NCBI GenBank assembly: GCA_963716145.1
Contig: OY970292.1
Span: 746,169 to 810,168, forward strand
Direction of reading: 5' to 3'
Length of the DNA stretch: 64,000 nt
Origin: Candidatus Levyibacteriota bacterium
Lineage (GTDB): Bacteria; Patescibacteriota; Microgenomatia; Levybacterales; UBA12049
In this document: positions 59,189 through 64,000 of the stretch, piece by piece
How positions within the stretch are numbered: the stretch's first letter is position 1
Layout of the letters: each line of letters begins with the position of its first letter
Notes under the pieces: model-generated
Told to the model about the DNA's origin: nothing
The model's input: the letters and a program-made list of their open reading frames with translations, nothing else
Databases searched by the model: none
Program-made: the position numbers and the translations under genes

Positions 59189-60154
59189 TTATCTCTTAAA
59201 AAGAGAGTTCATCCTCTGCAGCATATTATTCCTATTGTAATTCGGACCTGCAGGAGCTGTTGTTGGTTGTGATGATTTTGTGGGAATTGGCGTGGATCCA
59301 GAAGGAAAGGTTGGCTGGGAAGTGGAATTTGCTCCCATATCTTGCTGTACTCCATTTGGAACATCTGTGATCGACGAACCGGAACAGCCAATCGGATTGC
59401 CTAAGTGATTATTGCGTGACGAAGGAGAAATAGCGCCATTGGCAACAGGTATACCAAAAATGACCGAGGAATGTATAAGATTATTGCAACTGGTAAATGC
59501 AGAAAAATTCTCAGTCCACATTACTGATGATTTTCCAAGGCCGCCCCAACTTTGCGGTACTTTAATTTGGCCAATAAAAGTCTCACTATTTGTACCCGTG
59601 TCTTTAACCCAAGATCCCCACCAAGTACCGCCGGAATCAGCTGAGATCTTACTGATCCGCAATTTGTAGGCGTGATTTGCTACCCATTCATAAGCAACGC
59701 TACAGCTTTGACCAACTCCTTCTCCGCCAAACTTACCACAGGCCGGACCTTGCGATACCGTTGTATTCCAAAGCGAAAATATAGCAAGTTTTCCGCGACT
59801 TCCATCTGCCCGTCTGGTTCCCTGAGACTGTAAGCCAGAATAACCTCCCTCCCCATTATTAAAACGGTATTGATGTGACCAAAAGTAACCGGCAGGCGTC
59901 GGGTCGGTGAGTACAGTTACCTGCCATTCAAAGCTATTAAATCCCGCCGATGAACTTGGCCAATTCCAATCAGTATAGGTGCCTGTTGGATGGCTTGAAC
60001 TGGGCCCTACGGCTCTTTGCCTTATGTCTTGTTTTTGAGAGGCAATAAACGTTGGTATTACTACAACTAAAAGTGCCATAAAACCAAGCGAAATGTACTT
60101 GGAGTATTTATAAATTGCTTTTTGAGTATTTCCTGATTTCTTTTGATAACTCAT
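59189..60154 (-). CDS. Secreted DUF3472-like protein
   Basis: TM plus QKQDIRQRA; GYSGLQ, AIFSLWN, FGGEGVGQSC. Confidence 0.7.
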   Translation of the reverse strand: MSYQKKSGNTQKAIYKYSKYISLGFMALLVVVIPTFIASQKQDIRQRAVGPSSSHPTGTYTDWNWPSSSAGFNSFEWQVTVLTDPTPAGYFWSHQYRFNNGEGGYSGLQSQGTRRADGSRGKLAIFSLWNTTVSQGPACGKFGGEGVGQSCSVAYEWVANHAYKLRISKISADSGGTWWGSWVKDTGTNSETFIGQIKVPQSWGGLGKSSVMWTENFSAFTSCNNLIHSSVIFGIPVANGAISPSSRNNHLGNPIGCSGSSITDVPNGVQQDMGANSTSQPTFPSGSTPIPTKSSQPTTAPAGPNYNRNNMLQRMNSLFKR

Positions 60155-60252
60155 AAGTCACCCTTACTTACTATACTTTGGATAAAATTCGCTTGTCAAG
60201 TTATGCTAACTACTAAACGCTGGTAGATTTTTATGATATACTAATTTTGCCC

Positions 60253-61416
60253 ATGAAGTTTGTTGATGAAATTGAAATTAAAAATAAAACTGTTTTACTG
60301 CGTGTTGATTTCAATGTCTCGCTGAACGCCAACCTCACCATAGCTGATGACATAAGAATTCGTCAGTCTCTTCCGACAATTGAGCACCTCCTAAAACACA
60401 AAAATAAAATTATCATACTCGCTCATCTGAATAACCCCGTCGGTCGTGATCCCGATGACTCGCTAATCCGGGTCAAGAATAGGCTTGCGCAATATCTACA
60501 CACTAAAAAAATAACTTTCGTTGAGGATTTTCAGAAAAATCCGCATACCGCAGCGTTAAAACCTGGTGAAATTCTACTGTTTGAGAATATCCGCTATTAT
60601 CCGGGTGAGAAAGCAAATGATCCGGAATTTGCCAAACAACTCTCATCCCTTGCTGATATTTTTGTCAACGACGCGTTCGGCGTAAGTCACCGCAAAGATG
60701 CATCGGTTGTGGGCCTTCCCAAACTTCTCCCTTCATACGGAGGCTTACTTCTTAAAAGAGAAATTACAATGATTGGCAAAATCATGAAAAATCCCAAAAG
60801 ACCATTTGTTGCCATCATCGGAGGTAAAAAAATCACAACAAAAATTAAATTTATTGACAAGCTTGCCGGTATGGCAGACTTCTTGCTTCTTGGGGGAGGC
60901 CTTGCGAATACTTTTGTAGCTGCAGAAGGGCACGGATTGGGCAATAGTCATATGCTTCCTGAGGATGTTGTGGTGGCAAAACACATTCTTTCTCTTGCCA
61001 GAAAAGAACATACCCGCTTTGTACTGCCAAAAGACGCTGTTGTAGGAGATGAGCTTGATAGCAAAACAAGTGAGGTTAAAAAAATTAATGCTATCGATAA
61101 AAATGACCATATCCTGGATATCGGTCCTGAGACCCAAGCTGAATTCGGGAAATTGATTGAGGAGGCGCGTACTATTGTTTGGAATGGACCGGTCGGCTAC
61201 ACCGAGAATCCGGTTTTCAATCGGGGAACTGATTTTCTATTTTACGCGATTGCCGAAAACGAGGAGGCTCTATCAATCGTTGGCGGAGGCGACACGCTTG
61301 CGGCGATTTCCAAACAAGAATATCTTAGTAAGATTACCTGGATCTCAACTGGAGGAGGCGCAATGCTTGAATTTATAGAAAATGGCACGCTCCCCGGCAT
61401 CGAAGCCCTCAAGTAA
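60253..61416 (+). CDS. pgk: Phosphoglycerate kinase
   Basis: RVDFNV, ENIRY, NDAFG, WNGP, GGGDT, STGGGA. Confidence 0.97.
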   Translation: MKFVDEIEIKNKTVLLRVDFNVSLNANLTIADDIRIRQSLPTIEHLLKHKNKIIILAHLNNPVGRDPDDSLIRVKNRLAQYLHTKKITFVEDFQKNPHTAALKPGEILLFENIRYYPGEKANDPEFAKQLSSLADIFVNDAFGVSHRKDASVVGLPKLLPSYGGLLLKREITMIGKIMKNPKRPFVAIIGGKKITTKIKFIDKLAGMADFLLLGGGLANTFVAAEGHGLGNSHMLPEDVVVAKHILSLARKEHTRFVLPKDAVVGDELDSKTSEVKKINAIDKNDHILDIGPETQAEFGKLIEEARTIVWNGPVGYTENPVFNRGTDFLFYAIAENEEALSIVGGGDTLAAISKQEYLSKITWISTGGGAMLEFIENGTLPGIEALK

Positions 61417-61472
61417 TATTTAACATTTGGCCTTTCGCGTTAACTTTCGGCTTTTCTGCTATAATTGATTTT

Positions 61473-62174
61473 ATGGAAATTCTTACTTTTGTTCTTCATC
61501 TTGATGAACATCTTGCCAACATCGTTAATCAGTTTGGCACGCTTACCTACGCTATTTTGTTTTTAATAATCTTTGCCGAGACAGGATTTGTGATTGCTCC
61601 TTTTCTGCCCGGAGACTCGCTTTTATTTACTGTCGGCACGCTTGCCGCCCGGGACATTCTTAACATCTGGGCAATATACTTCTCGCTTTTAGCTGCTGCG
61701 ATTCTCGGAGACACAGTCAATTATTGGATCGGGCATAAAATGGGGCCACGGGTTTTTTCTCAAAAGAACTCAAGAATTTTCAACAGAAAGTATATTGATA
61801 AAACGGAAAAGTTTTATGAGAAATACGGAGGTAAAACAATTATTCTAGCGCGCTTCCTGCCGATCATTAGAACCTTTGCCCCTTTTGTCGCGGGAGTTGG
61901 AAAAATGCATTACCAAACATTTCTTATGTACAACGTCATCGGAGGATTTATCTGGGTGACTCTTTTTGTTTGGGCAGGATATCTTTTCGGGGGCATAAAA
62001 ATTATTAAAGAAAATTTTGAACTCGCCGTTGTTGGAATAATTTTATTTTCTCTTCTACCGGTTGTATTTGAGTATTTCAAACATAGAAAAAATTCTGCAA
62101 AGGAAAAAGCTACGAAAGATCATTCAACGTATAAGGATCTTGAAAAAACTTTTAAAAAGGATGGCTTGCAATAG
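61473..62174 (+). CDS. DedA/VTT family membrane protein
   Basis: FAETG...FLPGDSLLF, ARFLPIIRTFAPFVAG. Confidence 0.95.
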   Translation: MEILTFVLHLDEHLANIVNQFGTLTYAILFLIIFAETGFVIAPFLPGDSLLFTVGTLAARDILNIWAIYFSLLAAAILGDTVNYWIGHKMGPRVFSQKNSRIFNRKYIDKTEKFYEKYGGKTIILARFLPIIRTFAPFVAGVGKMHYQTFLMYNVIGGFIWVTLFVWAGYLFGGIKIIKENFELAVVGIILFSLLPVVFEYFKHRKNSAKEKATKDHSTYKDLEKTFKKDGLQ

Positions 62175-62180
62175 CAAATT

Positions 62181-63035
62181 ATGGCAAAATTAAAAAAACG
62201 GCTTAAGGAATCTTCTGCTCAACAAATCCTTCCCCTTACCCTAACGGTAGTCACCGCAGTAGTACTCATTTTGTTTATTTATTTTGAAATAATCATACTC
62301 AACAAATTCACTCCAACCGATATTTTAACCAAAGTACTGTGGAGCGATGTAGTAATAGGGCTTACGATTTATCTTAAGACCTCTGTAGATTTCGCAATTT
62401 TTATTGGCAATCTAATGGCCGCGTATCCAGGATGGAAAAATAGAATATCAATTGAGATTGGAACAGCTTTTGGAAATGCACTGGGCACGATCATTATCCT
62501 TGCAATCTGGGACTTCTTCAAAGAGATAAAAATCCTACTTGCAGCGATGATTTTCATAGCAGCTCTTGTTCTTCTCAAGCTGGCTGAGGAAAGCCTCTCT
62601 CATGTCAATGATCAGGAAGTTGGAGCGCGTCAGCGCTTGAAATCAATTGCAAACAGGATTGAATCGACCTTGTCTCCAATCAACAAGTTCCTGAACGGTG
62701 GGCTCAAATATATTATGCCAAACCTCTCAATGAAGCCAAAACCCAATCTCACTCTGTGGGGACTACTTGGGATGTCCTTCACAATTCCCTTTATTCTCGG
62801 GCTTGATGATTTCGCAGGCTATGTTCCTGTTTTTGATATTGTAAATGTATTTGGTTTCTCAATCGGTGTAATTATGGGCCACATGATTTTAAACATCTTT
62901 CTTTTTATCTCTCCGAAGAACACAATTAAGGTTGTTAAAAATCCAATTGTCTCAATCATCGGAAGTATCGCATTCATCGGTCTTGCCTTCTGGGGATTCT
63001 ACGAGGTCTACAGAATTCTATTCCTGCACCACTAA
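62181..63035 (+). CDS. Polytopic membrane protein, possibly CadD/LysE-like
   Basis: Paired acidic motifs KTSVDFAIF and LGLDDFAGYVPVF within TM repeats. Confidence 0.55.
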   Translation: MAKLKKRLKESSAQQILPLTLTVVTAVVLILFIYFEIIILNKFTPTDILTKVLWSDVVIGLTIYLKTSVDFAIFIGNLMAAYPGWKNRISIEIGTAFGNALGTIIILAIWDFFKEIKILLAAMIFIAALVLLKLAEESLSHVNDQEVGARQRLKSIANRIESTLSPINKFLNGGLKYIMPNLSMKPKPNLTLWGLLGMSFTIPFILGLDDFAGYVPVFDIVNVFGFSIGVIMGHMILNIFLFISPKNTIKVVKNPIVSIIGSIAFIGLAFWGFYEVYRILFLHH

Positions 63036-64000
63036 TTACTTCTGTGAAAATTGGACTTTGATGTTTTTGTCCTCATTCAATTTTGATTCATATCTTACCT
63101 TTCCACCTAGGTCAACAAAATCCCGGTTCAAACCAATCGGCACAAATTTAGACGGGTAAGAAAGAGTCAGCGAATAAGGATCACTATCTGTTCCCGGCTG
63201 CTTGAGGACTCTTAAGTCATAAGAAAAGGCAGGGAGTGCTGTACTTATAATTTGGGGAGTAATATAAGTTATTGAAACTTTCTTAGTTGTCTGCACAGGA
63301 ACTATCAGAAAAAAAGCTACTACTTCTTTTCCGCTAATCTCTGTTGTTTCAATTTCAAGCTCCTTGGGAGGGACAAAACCCGTTTGGCCAAATATGGAAG
63401 GATTTGTAATCGCACTGGTAATCGGAGTCTCGCGTCCGTCGATCCTAACTGATTTAAGATCGGCTCCATTTGGCAGAATAAAACGGAGGTAGTTTTTATA
63501 ATCTCCCCCGAATACACTGGTTTTTGTACTGGTGTTCTCATAGCTAATCGTCGCTGTCTCCTCCACTCCTCCGCTTTCTGAGATACTAACGTTTTGAGCA
63601 ATTGAGCGCTTCAGATAATAATTTCCTTTATTAGCACCTATGTTCGCGTCCACTGTCCCCAAAAAGTCAGAGACTGAATTCTCCTTTTTGGGCCTGGCGT
63701 CATAAAAAGTGCCTGACAGATTGTTAATGGTAAAAACTTTCTGAATCCCGGGATCTACGAAAGCAAAAAGCAGGTGCTTTTCTTTTATCGATTTCTGCAT
63801 CTGCTTTGAAAGGCTTAGGTAGGACAAGTCCTTTTTTTCAGAAAGACGGATCGACATACTGTTAAGTAACGACCTCAGAAAATCTTTTTTCTGGGTTGAT
63901 CCCGGAAAAAAATTATCCTCCGCATGTTTTTGCGTCAGTAGATAAAAATTCTCGGCATTTACCTCTTCCTTGTAATCCTCAACCCGCACACTACCCAAAA
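63036..64000 (-). CDS. C-terminal part of a DUF4012-like protein (runs off the window)
   Basis: KKDFL, DANIGANKGN, YKNYLRFILP, KQPGT. Confidence 0.8.
   Translation of the reverse strand, partial: LGSVRVEDYKEEVNAENFYLLTQKHAEDNFFPGSTQKKDFLRSLLNSMSIRLSEKKDLSYLSLSKQMQKSIKEKHLLFAFVDPGIQKVFTINNLSGTFYDARPKKENSVSDFLGTVDANIGANKGNYYLKRSIAQNVSISESGGVEETATISYENTSTKTSVFGGDYKNYLRFILPNGADLKSVRIDGRETPITSAITNPSIFGQTGFVPPKELEIETTEISGKEVVAFFLIVPVQTTKKVSITYITPQIISTALPAFSYDLRVLKQPGTDSDPYSLTLSYPSKFVPIGLNRDFVDLGGKVRYESKLNEDKNIKVQFSQK

Overview
The gene repertoire suggests a chromosome segment from a small-genome bacterium, most likely Patescibacteria/CPR of Microgenomates type; this is an inference. The standard code applies, with TGA as stop. 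Housekeeping genes are rpoD, dnaG, ruvABC, comM, comF, smpB with ssrA, glmS, yvcK, pgk, rpe, rpiB, rplY, a class A PBP, a SpoIID-type hydrolase and valS, which carries a 1-nt frameshift that is probably an assembly error. RNA genes are tRNA-Asn(GTT), tRNA-Ser(GCT), an unusual tRNA-Ser(ACT) and tmRNA. The most striking locus is 1.9-4.9 kb. There a stand-alone GIY-YIG nuclease gene sits among copies of tRNA-Asn whose arms are replaced by short GC-rich hairpins. The intact tRNA is enclosed by a perfect 19-bp inverted repeat. Downstream lies an AT-rich array of single-gene cassettes, each bounded by an att-like motif resembling the tRNA 3' end, and one cassette is AbiJ/HEPN-like. Related small hairpins and heptamer-based hairpins are dispersed across the window, some in frame inside conserved genes. 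Other candidates are an HTH-fused MORC/GHKL ATPase with a multi-HTH partner between comM and ruvB, two back-to-back ECF sigma modules, a probable unannotated ~155-nt sRNA, and widespread leaderless-type gene starts. No CRISPR array, rRNA, integrase or transposase was seen. All family assignments come from motif recognition, not database searches.
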